Source of the DNA: an uncultured Acidobacteriota bacterium | GTDB taxonomy: Bacteria > Acidobacteriota > Vicinamibacteria > Vicinamibacterales > 2-12-FULL-66-21 | Length of the DNA stretch: 64,000 nucleotides | Reading direction: 5' to 3' | Assembly (NCBI GenBank): GCA_963797625.1 | Contig: CAWCQI010000043.1 | Location: 9,587-73,586 of the forward strand | The notes under the pieces: generated by a model | Told to the model about the DNA's origin: nothing | The model's database searches: none | Seen by the model: the letters and a program-made list of their open reading frames with translations, nothing else | Translations under genes and position numbers: made by a program | In this document: piece after piece, positions 33,856 to 45,491 of the stretch | How the letters are laid out: each line of letters starts with the position of its first letter | How positions within the stretch are numbered: the stretch's first letter is position 1

Positions 33856-36100
33856 TCACACCGCGACCCGCGCCGGCGACCGCGCTGCTCGACCTTCAGC
33901 AGGATCATCGTCATGTCGTCGTGCTGGTCGGCGCCGCCGACGAACGCCTCGATCTCGCGCAGGATCCGCTCGCGCAGCTCGCCGGAGTCGAGGTGGCCGT
34001 GCTCCTCGACGATGCGGCTCGAGCCGCGCGTCGCCGAACAGGTCGCTCTCGGCGTTCATCGCCTCGGTGATGCCGTCGGTGTAGAGCACGATGACGTCGC
34101 CGGCGTGCAGCGTCGACTGCGCTCCTCCTCGAGCAGCTCGGCGAACTTCTCGCGCGGCGCCGTCGATCCGCAGGCCGACGCACCATGCCGCTCGGGATCA
34201 GCACCTGCGCGCCGGCGACGGCGCGCCGGTCCGGGCAGGTAGATCAGCGGCGTGTGGCCGGCGCGCGCGTAGGTCATCATGCCGGCGTGCGAGATCGATG
34301 ACCGCGTAGGTCATCGTGATGAAGCTGCGGCTGTCGAGGTTCTCGGAGATGATCCGGTTCACCTCGATCAGCAGCTGCCGCGGCGACTCGTACGATCTGG
34401 CTGAGCGACAGCATCAGCCCCTTCAGCTCCGCCATGTAGAGCGCCGCGGACGTGCCCTTGCCCGAGACGTCGGCGATCAGCACGCCGAGGCGATCGTCCG
34501 GCAGCGGAAAGAAGTCGTAGTAGTCGCCGCCGACCTCGCGCGCCGGGACGCACAGCGCCGTGATCGCCGAGGCCCGGGCATGTCGAGCGGCCCGCGCGGC
34601 AGCAGCGACATCTGGATCTGCCGCGCGATGCGCAGCTCTTCCTCGAGCCGCTTCTTCTCGGCCGCGGTCTGCAGCAGGTCCTCGATGCTGCCGGTCATCT
34701 GGTTGAACGAGTCGGCCAGCTCGCCGAGCTGATCGTTCGTGCTCGATGTTGATGCGGTGCGTGAAGTCGCCCTGCCGCACGCGCTCGGTGCCCATGAACA
34801 GCTCGTGGATCGAGCTGGTGATCGAGCGCGCCAGCGCCAGCCCCATGATCAGCGCGACGATCTCGATGATCAGGAACAGCACGGCGACGACGCGCGAGGA
34901 CGAGGAGGATGACGTCGCTCAGACGCGGCGGCTGCCGACCTGCGCCTGCTGCGCCAGTGACAGCCGCTGGTAGAGCTCGCCGAGCCGATAGGTGATCGCG
35001 ACCGTCGCGCGCCGGACCGTCCCCGGTCTGCCCAGTCGGTGCAGTCGAGGAACGCCACGCTGCTGCCGAACAGCGACCAGCGCATCGTCGTCCGTCTGCG
35101 CCGGCGCCCGGCGCCGCGCCGGCCGCTCCGTTCCGCTCGAGCACCGACGGTGATCGTGCCCGCCTTGACGCCGGTCGCCTCGTAGCAGCCGCGCGATCAT
35201 CTCGTCGTCGATCGGCACGTCGACGACGACGAACCGCCGAGCTGCGGCTCGAGCCGACACCGCCGCGGACGACGAGCTCACTGCCGGCCCGGCGACTCGG
35301 CGAGCGGGCACGGCGATCGTGCCGGTGAAACCTCGCTGTTCGGCTTGATCCACGCCGGCACGTCGCGCGGCGGGGCCGCATGGTCCCACGGCCCGGCCCG
35401 CACTGCCGCGTTCGCGTCGCCGGCCGCCGGCACGAACAGCGAGCGACAGGCCGGGGTACGCCGAGCCCGGCGGCTGTTGGCGTGCACGCCGCTCGATCGC
35501 GTCGGCCGGATTGCGCGGCGTCGCGCGCCATCTCGGTCGCGGCCGCCTCCGCGATCAGCCGCGACGTTCCGCACGACGTCGTCGTAGCCGTCCTTGAACA
35601 GGTAGGCGCTGACGTTCATCGACACGATGCCGGCGCCGAGCAGGAAGAAGACGATGATCAGCAGCGACGGGACGACGCCGATGAAGATGTAGGACAGGAT
35701 CAGCTTGCGGCGCACGCGCCACAGCAGCCGCCGCTTCATCAGCACGAACAGCCGCCAGAGCGAAGTAGGCGACGCGAGATCGACGAGGCCGAGCGTCGCC
35801 GCGCTGCTGAGGATCTGGACGACGACGGCACGGCGCCGAGCGCGCCGCCAGACGGCGACGACGAGCTTCAGCAGCGCGGCGATGAGGAAGAGGCGGCCCG
35901 GCCAGGAGCGCAGCAGGACGTCGCGGACGACAGAGCGTCCGCGACGTCCGGCGGCAGCGGCAGGGCGGTCGCGGGCGGCCGGCGGCGCGCCGCTGACGGC
36001 TCGTCCGGGAGTCGTGGGCTGCCCATGCGAAGTCGTCGAATGATAGCTGAATTCGCTATGACGCTGGCGACGCGATCGGAGATCATGGACACCCGACACC

Positions 36101-36102
<2 letters not shown>
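33856..36102 (-). CDS. membrane-bound HAMP + PP2C/SpoIIE-type protein phosphatase (many frame breaks; both ends uncertain)
   Basis: TM segments ([26 protein letters not shown]), HAMP ([12 protein letters not shown]...[13 protein letters not shown]), [48 protein letters not shown] and [10 protein letters not shown]. Confidence 0.75.
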
Positions 36103-37264
<1,162 letters not shown>

Positions 37265-37268
<4 letters not shown>

Positions 37269-37443
37269 TGTCCCGGCCTGCGTGATATCGTAGACGTGAG
37301 TTCCCGGAGCGGGGCGCCCGGCTCGCAACGGCGCGACGGAGCGCGCAAATCTGCCGGAATTCGTAAGCGACGAGCAATGCAGCGAGGCGGGACGCCGCGC
37401 TCCGGGAATTGATGTTGCGATATCACGCAGGTCAGGACACTAG
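37265..37443. mobile_element. MITE-like non-autonomous element, family B copy 1
   Basis: Terminal inverted repeats CTAGTGTCCCGGCCTGCGTGATATCG / CGATATCACGCAGGTCAGGACACTAG (24/26 complementary). No ORF. The interior matches the reverse complement of 44828..44994. Confidence 0.75.
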
Positions 37444-37456
37444 GTCGCGACGCGCG

Positions 37457-37780
37457 TTACGATTTGGTGCTCTCGCCGACCCAGCGGAGGTACGCTTCGT
37501 TACCGTCCGCGATCGACAGCACCAGGAATTCTGGTATCTCGTACGGATGCAGCTCCCGGACGCGGTCCCACAGGGCGACGACGCGGTCGCGCGAGGTTTT
37601 GATCACCACCTGGCGCTCGGTTTCGTGTTCGACGCGGCCTTCCCAGCGATAGACGGACTCCATCGCCGGCAGCAGGTTGACGCAGGCGGCGAGGCGCTCG
37701 TCGACCAGCGCCCGGCCGAATGCCTGGCCATCGCTATCCGAAGGCAGCGTGGTGAGGACCACGACATAGTCTGAATTCAT
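37457..37780 (-). CDS. cutA: divalent-cation tolerance protein CutA
   Basis: 107 aa with VVLTTLPS...LAACVNLLPAMESVYRWEGRVE...VIKT...HPYEIPEFLVL. Confidence 0.85.
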   Translation of the reverse strand: MNSDYVVVLTTLPSDSDGQAFGRALVDERLAACVNLLPAMESVYRWEGRVEHETERQVVIKTSRDRVVALWDRVRELHPYEIPEFLVLSIADGNEAYLRWVGESTKS

Positions 37781-37874
37781 CCCCGTCCCTTGACTGTGAA
37801 AACCGCGGCGCCGCCCTACACTCCGGCCCGTCTCGGTTCGAAAAGACATTGTACAAAGGACCCCGCAGATCCCG

Positions 37875-38295
37875 ATGCCGTCAGCTTCCCCGCAGGCCCC
37901 GATTACGCCCGCTCCGCGCCGCAAGGCTGCGTCCGATCCCCTCCGGGGACGCAAGAGCACGTCTGTACCCCCCTCCGCCACGCGCCGGCGGCTGCTGAAT
38001 GCCGCGCTGGCGTTCATCGCGGTCGTGCTGATGATCGACGCCCTCGTTGGCGAAAAGGGCCTGATGGAAACGATGCGTGCGCGCAAGGCGGCCCAGACGG
38101 AGGAAGCCAGGCTCGACGCGCTCCGGCTGGAGAACGCAACGCTCCGCGAGGAAAAAAGGCGCCTGAATGAAGACCCGGCGACGGATTGAAGCCGAAGCCC
38201 GGCGACAGCTCGGGCTGGTCCGCCCCGGCGAGGTTATGTTCATCCTCAAGGACATCCAACCGGCCTCGACCGCACACCCTGGCACACCGCGATAA
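37875..38295 (+). CDS. ftsB: septum formation initiator FtsB/DivIC family (one frame break at ~38184)
   Basis: TM LLNAALAFIAVVLMIDAL, coiled coil RLDALRLENATLREEKRRL, then IEAEARRQLGLVRPGEVMFI in the next frame. Confidence 0.7.
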
Positions 38296-38383
38296 GGCGT
38301 CTGCCCGAATAGCTCCGAGACTACCTGGAATCGCGACAAAACGGCGGCTGGTAGTTCTTCGAACCGGCCGGTAGATTCAAGCC

Positions 38384-39144
38384 TTGCTCAGTCCTCCGGC
38401 AATCGCCCCAGGTACCCCCATCTTCCGACCTCCTCCTGACCGTTCGCGACCTGACCAAGCGTTACGGTAAGACCATCGCGCTGTCGGGCGTGAGCTTTAC
38501 CGTCCGGCGGGGCGAGGTGCTGGGCCTCATCGGCCCGAACGGGTCGGGCAAGACCACCCTTTTCGAGTGCCTCGGGGGTGTGCTTCCGTCCGACGATGGG
38601 TCGATTGAGCACGACGGGAAGCCGCTGACGCCGCGGAGCGGGCGGCGACGCTCTTCTACCTCCCCGACGCCATCGCGCCGTGGCCGTCGCAGCGCGTCGG
38701 GTGGCTGCTCGACTTCGTCGTCGGGCCTGTTCGGCGGCCGACGCCAGCAGGCGTCCCGAGATCGTGAACGCGCTCTCGACTCGAGCCGCTGCTCGACGCG
38801 CCGCTCGGGACGCTGTCGAAGGGCCAGCGAAAGCGGGCGTTGCTGGCGATCGGGCTGCTGACGCCGCAACCACTGCTCCTGGCGGACGAGCCGTTCGACG
38901 GCCTCGACCTGCGGCAGACGCGCGGCGTCGCGCGACGTGTTGCGGGCGACGCGGCCCGGGCCGCACGCTGGTCCTGTCCATCCACCAGATCAGCGACGCC
39001 GCGCGCGTGTGCGATCGGTTCGTCCTCCTGAGCAACGGCCGGTCGTGCGGCGAAGGGACGTTCGACGAGCTGCGGGCCGCCGCCGCCGCCGCGCGGCGCG
39101 ACCAGGCTGGCGATCTGGAGGAGGTCTTCCTTGCCCTCACCTAG
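38384..39144 (+). CDS. ABC transporter ATP-binding protein (multiple frame breaks; start approximate)
   Basis: LTVRDLTKRYGKT, GLIGPNGSGKTTL (Walker A), LSKGQRKR (signature), LLLADEPFDGLD (Walker B). Confidence 0.75.
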
Positions 39145-39155
39145 AATCGCCGTTC

Positions 39156-40465
39156 GTGTGGCTCCTCGTGAAGGAGTGGCGCGAGCTTGTGGCGTCGCGC
39201 GCCTGGTGGGTGATGCTCGTCCTGATCGGCCCGCTCGTCGGCGTCTCGTTCATCAGCGCCGTGCGGACCTACGCGGAAGCGAGCGGCCTCAACGGAACGT
39301 CCGCCGGTGTAGGCGAAGCCTTCTCTCCGCTCATCGGGGTCTGGGCGCCGACGTTCAGCGCCTGCGAGCTGGCAGCCGCCTTTCTGCTGCCCTTCGTCGC
39401 GATCCGGCTGGTGGGTGGCGACAGACAAAGCGGCGCGCTGAAGATCGAGCTGCAGCAAGCGCATGCCGGCGAATCGCCGGATCGCGGCGAAGGCGCTGGC
39501 GCTGCTCGCCGGGTGGCTCATCGCGTCGGCGGCGCCGCTCATGGCGGTCTGCTGTGGCGTTGCTATGGTGGTCCGGTCTACCTCGCCGGAGATTGCGACC
39601 GTGCTGGCGGGCACGTGCTCAATGCCGGCCTCAGCATCGCGCTCGGCGCGGCCGCTGCATCGATCGCGGAGCACCCGTCTACCGCCGCCATCCTTACGCT
39701 CAGCGTGACCGTCGGTACCTGGATCGTCAACTTCATCGCCGCGGTGCAGGGCGGCCTCTGGGAACGTGCCGCCGGCTACACGCCGACGGCGATGGTCGCC
39801 GAGTTCCAGCACGGGCTGATCCGCCTCGACGTCGTGCTGGTCGCGCTTGACCCTCGTCGCGGCGGGGCTTGGCCTGTCCGCGATCTGGTCGAGGCTCGGC
39901 GTACCGGTGCGGCGGCGCGTCTACGAATCGGCGTCGCTCGCCGCCGCTCACCGCCGCGGTCGCGCTCAGCTCGATGTTCCTTCGTCGCCAGCTGGGACAC
40001 CTCCGAGAACCGGGCGAACTCCTTCTCCGAGGCGGACGAACACGCGCTGCGCCAGATTCACGAGCCGCTCGCCATCGAGGCGCACCTCGCACCCGAGGAC
40101 CCTCGCCGGTTCGATCTCGAGCATCGGGCGCTGTCGAAGCTGCGGCGGGTCATGCCGCGGCTGCAGGTGCGATACGTCTCGGCCACCTCGATTGGCCTGT
40201 TCGAGCAGACGGCGCCGAACTACGGCGAGATCTTCTACGACCTCGGCGGGCGGCGGGCGGTCAGCCGGATGACCACCGCCGAAGGCGTGCTCGAGACCAT
40301 CTATTCGCTCGCCGGGGTCGTGCCGCCCGGCGAGGAGAGCGAGGCGGCCTTCCGCGGTCACCCGCTCGCCGTGCCGCCGAGGGGCGCGGCCGCGGTGTTC
40401 TATGGCATCTGGCCGGCGACTGGTCGATCGCCGGCGGCGTTGTTGTCGAGGAGGACAGCGATGAA
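39156..40465 (+). CDS. ABC-2-type permease fused to a GldG/ABC_transp_aux-like segment (frame-broken)
   Basis: VWLLVKEWRELVASRAWWVML... has multiple TM spans, then WDTSENRANSFSEADEHALRQIHEPLAIEAHLAPEDPR. The likely stop TGA overlaps the next ATG (ATGA at 40462). Confidence 0.55.
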
Positions 40466-41262
40466 GTGGATCAATCCGCGCTGGGCGGCCGTGGCGGCGG
40501 TCGCTGTGCGCTGCGTGCCGCTCAGGCGGCGGACATCAAGGTCGACTCTGAGCAAGGAACAGGTCGGCAAGCCGCCGGTGACGTTCGAGCCGATGGTCGG
40601 CACGTGGGTCATCGCCCAGGATGGACGCCGACAAGGTGGTCATGGTGGACGGCCGCCCGTGGGTCGCGAGCAAGGACAACCCGACCAAGCTGCTGATCCA
40701 GAGTGCGCGCAAGCTCTATGGCACGTCGAACGAGGAACTGATGGACAACGCGAAGCAGTTCGCCTACTACCCCGTTGCCATGCTGAAGGGCGTGGACAAC
40801 TTCACGAACGGCACGCTCAGCATGAAGTTCAAGACCGTCGCGGGCGACTCCGACCGCTGCTCGGGCATGGTCTTCAACGTCAAGCCGAACGGCGACTGGC
40901 TCGCGATCCGCTACAACGACACCGAGAACAACATCGTCGCTCTGGGAGTTCCACAACGGCATCCGCCGGTCGGTGAAGCGCGGGGCCCGAGCGGACCTGG
41001 ATGCTGGATCGCGCCGCCTGGCACGAGCTGAAGACGACCGTCGACGGGGCCGACTTCAAGGCGTGGATCGACGGGAAGCTCGCGCTCGAGTACACGCTCG
41101 GCAGCGCGCCGGGGCCTGGCCGCAACGACGCGGCCCCGAACCCGGAGCTGTTCCCCGAGAACAACCCGGTGCTCAAGCCGCCGATCGCCGGGACGCGTCG
41201 GGCTGTGGTCGAAGACCGACAGCACGAGCTATTTCAAGGATTTCGTCGTCAGCCCGAAGTAG
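40462..41262 (+). CDS. secreted DUF1080 / LamG-like (3-keto-disaccharide hydrolase-like) domain protein (about 3 frame breaks)
   Basis: GGAGGA SD and signal MKWINPRWAAVAAVAV. FTNGTLSMKFK...GMVFNVKPNGDWLAIRYN...WHELKTTVDGADFKAWIDGK...VGLWSKTDSTSYFKDFVVSPK. Confidence 0.6.
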
Positions 41263-41287
41263 GCGCTGAAAGAGGAGGTTCAACGCC

Positions 41288-44278
41288 GTGAAGTCACGTT
41301 TCTCGCTGGTCTGGATTCTGGCCTTTCTGGCCCTGTTCGGTGCGCCGCCAGCGCATGCGCAGACGCCCAACACCGCTTCCCTCGTAGTCGCTGTCGTCGA
41401 TCAGAGCGGCGCCATCGTCAACGACGCCAAGGTCACGGTCCTGAACAACGCGACCGGCGCGACGCGGGAGACCGCGTCAGGTCCGGACGGATCAGCGACG
41501 GTTTCGGCACTGCCGCTCACCGGCACCTACACCGTCAGCGTCGCGAAGGCCGGCTTCACCGCCGACGATGCGACGAACCTCGTGCTGCGCGCCGGTGAGA
41601 CCGCCACCGTCAGGATGCGCCTCGTCGTCACCGGCGGCAAATCCGAGGTCACCGTCTACGGCACGGAGCAAGGCGTACACTCTGACGCACAGATCGGCCG
41701 GCGCATGGACAGCCCGGAGATCGACGAGACGCCGATTCTCGGCCGCAAAATCGGCACCCTGCCGCTCTTCAACTCTGCATTCCGCCAGGGCAAGGGCACG
41801 GGAGACCTGTTCGTCAACACCACCTACTTCATCACCGGCGCCGGCAGCCGCCGGACGACGACGTTCATGCTGGACGGAGCGAGCAACGACGAGAGCTGGG
41901 GCCGCCAGACCATGATCGCCACTGTGCCTGTCGGTGCCGTCCAGGAAGTGTCGGTGATGTCCAACGCCTTTTCCGCCGAGTTCGGCTGGACCGCCGGACC
42001 GGCGTTGAACATCGTGACCAAGTCCGGCACGAACGTGCTGCACGGCGAGGGTCTCTACCTGGCGCGGCCGGGCGGGACGCAGGCCAAGAACTTCTCGACC
42101 GACGGCTTCTGCCCGCCGTCGGTTGCAAGCTGCATCACGCCGACCACGCTGGACGCCATCAATCCCGCCGACGTTCCCGACGAGCTGAACCAGTTCTCCG
42201 GGTCAGTCGGCGGGCCCGTAATCAAGGACAAGACGTTCTTCTTCGCCACGGCCGACTACTCGCGTCAGGATCGGACGACGTTCCTCTCCCCCACGCTGCC
42301 CTCGTTCGTGCTGCCGCAGGATGGCAGCCTCGAGTACGTCGGCCACTACCGGCAGAAGCTGTTCAACGCCCGGGGGGACCACAAGCTGACCGCGAACCAG
42401 ACGCTGATGGTCCGCGCGAACATCGACCACATGTTCGACACCAACCCGAACGACGCGGTCGTCGGCACCAACGCGCCGACCGTGGCCCGGCTCTACACGC
42501 GTAATTCCTGGACCGCGCAGGTCAACCACACCACGGTGCTGAGCAGTACCCTGCTCAACGAAGCCCGTTTCGCTTATCTGAACGGCGACCCGGTGACACT
42601 CTGGGAGGCACAGGACCTGTCCACCACGTATACCCGCGCCGGCTCGGTGCCGTTCACGATCGGCGAATCCCGCTCGGCGGACCTGTTCGGGCACCAGTAT
42701 CAGATCGCGGACACGCTGTCGTGGGCGCGGGGACGCCACAACCTGCGTTTCGGCGGCAGCCTGATCCATCACACGACCGGTGGCTTCGGCAGCGAACCGG
42801 GCACCGCCATCCTCGGCACGTTCACGTTCCTGACCACGACGACGGCGCCGTTCGAGCAGCTGACGCTGGCCGACGTGCAGCAGTACGCGCAGCCGATCAG
42901 TTACGGCGTGACCAGCTACAAGCTGAAACAGTGGATGTCGGTGGCGTTCGTGCAGGACAGCATCCGCGTGACCAACGACCTGACCGTGGACGCCGGGCTC
43001 CGCTACGATCGTCAGACGCTGACCGATGCCACCAAGGACTTCGCCCCCAGATTCGGCTTCGGCTGGCATCCGAATGGCGACTCCAGCCTCGCCGTGCGTG
43101 GTGGCTACGCGATGTACTACACGCAGATCCGCTCGAACGCCATCGCGGGCGCGCTGACCGGCGGGCTCGACGGCCTGACGACTTACACGGCAACGCCTGG
43201 ACAGTTCGGCTTCCCGACCTGCCTCACCGGGCCTTGCCTTCCGGTGCAGTTCGATCCGCGCACGCTGCCGCTGTCGCAGCAGCCGGCGCGCAACATCACC
43301 ATCCAGGCGGGCGAGCGCGACTTCTACACGCAGCAGTTCGCGCAGTACGGCCTGAATTTCAACCTGCTGTCCAATTACCCCGATACGTTCGTGAACCCGC
43401 GGAGCCAGGTCCTGTCCATCGGCGCGGAGCGCGAGTTCCTGAGTGGATGGTTCGCCGGGGCCGACTACGTCCACCAGCACTGGACCGACCTCGATCGCAG
43501 CGTCGATCTCAACGCCCCGGCTCCGTTCGATCGCACCGCACCGGGCCAGACGCGGGCCGTCGCGGCTGCCAACGCCACCAGGCCGATCGTCCCGGTCAAC
43601 GGCGGCGTGCGGTCGGTCAACGTCCTGATGAACCAGGGAACCGCCGACTACGACGGGCTGCAGACCCAGGTCACCTACCGCGGCAGCCCGCGGATGAACG
43701 CGGTCGTGAGCTACACGTTGTCCAAGGCCACCAACACCACCGAGCCGGACGGTAACGGCATCGCGCCGAACAACGCGAATATCACGCGCCTCGGCGAGGT
43801 CGAACGGGGACCAAGCGTGGTCGACCAGCGTCACCGTGCGGTGATCATGTTCAACTACAACTTCCCGTACAGCATCACGGCCGGCACCGTCGCGCAGTTC
43901 GCGTCGTCGCGGCCGTTCAACGCGACGACCGGGATCGACAACAACGGTGACGGCGCGAACAACGATCGGCCGGCCGTCGACGGCGCTGTCCTCAGCAAGT
44001 CCGCGTTCCGCGGCACGCCGACCTCGGAGGTCGCGCTCTACGTGGAGGGGCGGATCAAGACCGGCAACCAGGCCGTCCTGCTGCGTCTCGAGGGGTTCAA
44101 CGTGTTCAACCACGGCAACCTGCTGGGGCGAGCGCAGACCGTCTACGGCGACGGGGTGGCCGCGAACCCGACGTTCGGCCAGCTGGTGGCGGCCGGGACC
44201 GCGACCAACGCCCTGCCGTCACTGGCGAACATCGACCCGCCGCGGATGCTGCAGTTCCAGATTCGGTATCAGTTTTAG
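41288..44278 (+). CDS. TonB-dependent receptor with N-terminal carboxypeptidase-regulatory-like domain
   Basis: Intact 996 aa. Signal peptide, VVDQSGAIVNDAKVTVLNNATG...GTYTVSVAKAGF (CarbopepD_reg), beta-barrel repeats, C-terminal ...LQFQIRYQF aromatic terminus. GAGGAGG SD. Confidence 0.9.
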   Translation: MKSRFSLVWILAFLALFGAPPAHAQTPNTASLVVAVVDQSGAIVNDAKVTVLNNATGATRETASGPDGSATVSALPLTGTYTVSVAKAGFTADDATNLVLRAGETATVRMRLVVTGGKSEVTVYGTEQGVHSDAQIGRRMDSPEIDETPILGRKIGTLPLFNSAFRQGKGTGDLFVNTTYFITGAGSRRTTTFMLDGASNDESWGRQTMIATVPVGAVQEVSVMSNAFSAEFGWTAGPALNIVTKSGTNVLHGEGLYLARPGGTQAKNFSTDGFCPPSVASCITPTTLDAINPADVPDELNQFSGSVGGPVIKDKTFFFATADYSRQDRTTFLSPTLPSFVLPQDGSLEYVGHYRQKLFNARGDHKLTANQTLMVRANIDHMFDTNPNDAVVGTNAPTVARLYTRNSWTAQVNHTTVLSSTLLNEARFAYLNGDPVTLWEAQDLSTTYTRAGSVPFTIGESRSADLFGHQYQIADTLSWARGRHNLRFGGSLIHHTTGGFGSEPGTAILGTFTFLTTTTAPFEQLTLADVQQYAQPISYGVTSYKLKQWMSVAFVQDSIRVTNDLTVDAGLRYDRQTLTDATKDFAPRFGFGWHPNGDSSLAVRGGYAMYYTQIRSNAIAGALTGGLDGLTTYTATPGQFGFPTCLTGPCLPVQFDPRTLPLSQQPARNITIQAGERDFYTQQFAQYGLNFNLLSNYPDTFVNPRSQVLSIGAEREFLSGWFAGADYVHQHWTDLDRSVDLNAPAPFDRTAPGQTRAVAAANATRPIVPVNGGVRSVNVLMNQGTADYDGLQTQVTYRGSPRMNAVVSYTLSKATNTTEPDGNGIAPNNANITRLGEVERGPSVVDQRHRAVIMFNYNFPYSITAGTVAQFASSRPFNATTGIDNNGDGANNDRPAVDGAVLSKSAFRGTPTSEVALYVEGRIKTGNQAVLLRLEGFNVFNHGNLLGRAQTVYGDGVAANPTFGQLVAAGTATNALPSLANIDPPRMLQFQIRYQF

Positions 44279-44296
44279 ACGCTCTGATGAGGGTGC

Positions 44297-44324
44297 TGCC
44301 CGGGGCTCACTCGAGCTCCGGGCA
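44297..44324 (+). terminator. GC-rich hairpin downstream of the TonB-dependent receptor (no U-tract)
   Basis: TGCCCGGGGCTC-ACTC-GAGCTCCGGGCA, a 12-bp stem with one G.U, 19 nt after the stop. Confidence 0.35.
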
Positions 44325-44444
44325 GGGTGACATCCCGCTTCCAGCTGCCAGCTTCCTGCTTCCAGCCGCCAGCTCGTGGTTCGAGGAGCATGGCGATTGT
44401 CCGCGGGGTACGCTTCGACGCGCTCGTCGGGTATGCTCTCGCGC

Positions 44445-44831
44445 ATGGCGGAGACGACTGCACCGACTCCTCGTGGCGCCGGAGGCACACCGGGCGGCAC
44501 CGGGTCGTTCTTCCTCGGCTTGATCATGGCGGCGGCCGGCGCATACCTGATCCTGAACCAGGTGCAGGTCACGACCTCCTTCTGGCGCTTCAGCCAGTAT
44601 GGCGGGTTCGGCCTGACGCTCCTGCCGCTCCTCGTCGGCATCGCGTTTCTCTTCTATGACGGCAAGTCGATCGCCGGCTGGGTGCTGACGGCCATCGGCA
44701 CGGCCATCATCCTGGCCGGCGTCCTCATGAACATGGACATCTACTTCCGCCAGACGTCATTGTTCCAGACGCTGATGATGCTCGGCCTGTTGTTCGGCGG
44801 CCTGGGCCTCGTCGCGAGATCGCTACGCTAA
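44445..44831 (+). CDS. small polytopic membrane protein (hypothetical)
   Basis: MAETTAP..., then four hydrophobic spans (FFLGLIMAAAGAYLIL, GLTLLPLLVGIAFLF, GWVLTAIGTAIILAGVLM, LMMLGLLFGGLGLV). Confidence 0.55.
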   Translation: MAETTAPTPRGAGGTPGGTGSFFLGLIMAAAGAYLILNQVQVTTSFWRFSQYGGFGLTLLPLLVGIAFLFYDGKSIAGWVLTAIGTAIILAGVLMNMDIYFRQTSLFQTLMMLGLLFGGLGLVARSLR

Positions 44832-44994
44832 GTGTCCCGGCCGCGTGATTCGCAACCTGACTCCCGGGCGGGGCATCCCGCCTCGCTGCGTTGCTCGTCG
44901 CTTACAAATTCCCGATTTGCGCGCTCCTCGCGCCTTGCGATCCGGGCGCCGCGCTCCGGGACTTATGTCCCGAATCACGCGGCCGGAACACTAG
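44828..44994. mobile_element. MITE-like non-autonomous element, family B copy 2 (inverted relative to copy 1)
   Basis: CTAAGTGTCCCGGCCGCGTGATTCG ... CGAATCACGCGGCCGGAACACTAG termini. Interior is GCCTCGCTGCGTTGCTCGTCGCTTACAAATTCCCGATTTGCGCGCTCC, the reverse complement of the copy 1 interior. Confidence 0.75.
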
Positions 44995-45491
44995 CGGCGC
45001 GCCACGCGGGCGCCGAGCGCCGCGAGGTAGGCGTCGATCGTTGCTGTGTGGCCGAACACAAAGCGTGACATGACGCGGAACACGGGGTTGTAGACCTCGC
45101 CGCGTTCGGTGATCCTCAGCAACGTGGCGCGGCCAACGGGCGTGAGCTCGTAGGTCCAGGTCCCGCCGAAGGCCAGTGACGCATCGTCTATCCGGCTCAC
45201 CAGCCGCGACGGGGGTGTCGATTCGGAGACGACGAAGGTGATGTCGCCGTTGCGGCCGTGTTCCCGCCATCGCAGCGGCGACGACGAGAGCACCTCGACG
45301 CTCCGCACGTCCGCCCTCCACTCGGGGTAGTGCGTCACGTCGGCGATCGCGGCGAACACGTCCCCGGGATCCCGCTCCAGGGTCGTCTCGCGCGATGCGA
45401 CGTGTGCGACGGGCAGCAGGTAGCCCACTGCCACGACGACCAGCGCGACCAGGACGAGCAGTCCCACACCGACGACGAGCAGCCTAAGCAC
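44991..45491 (-). CDS. SRPBCC (polyketide cyclase/dehydrase-like) family protein with N-terminal TM anchor
   Basis: Intact 166 aa. VFAAIADVTHYPEWRADV...GGTWTYELTPVG...TERGEVYNPVFR. Confidence 0.7.
   Translation of the reverse strand: MLRLLVVGVGLLVLVALVVVAVGYLLPVAHVASRETTLERDPGDVFAAIADVTHYPEWRADVRSVEVLSSSPLRWREHGRNGDITFVVSESTPPSRLVSRIDDASLAFGGTWTYELTPVGRATLLRITERGEVYNPVFRVMSRFVFGHTATIDAYLAALGARVARR

Noticed and set aside
38388-39140. 250-aa minus-strand ORF
   Set aside because: It is antisense to the ABC ATPase, whose Walker A, signature and Walker B motifs are on the plus strand.
42203-44113. 636-aa minus-strand ORF
   Set aside because: It lies entirely antisense to the intact, motif-rich TonB-dependent receptor. 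Its Arg/Gly/Val-rich composition is typical of stop-free antisense frames in ~70% GC DNA.
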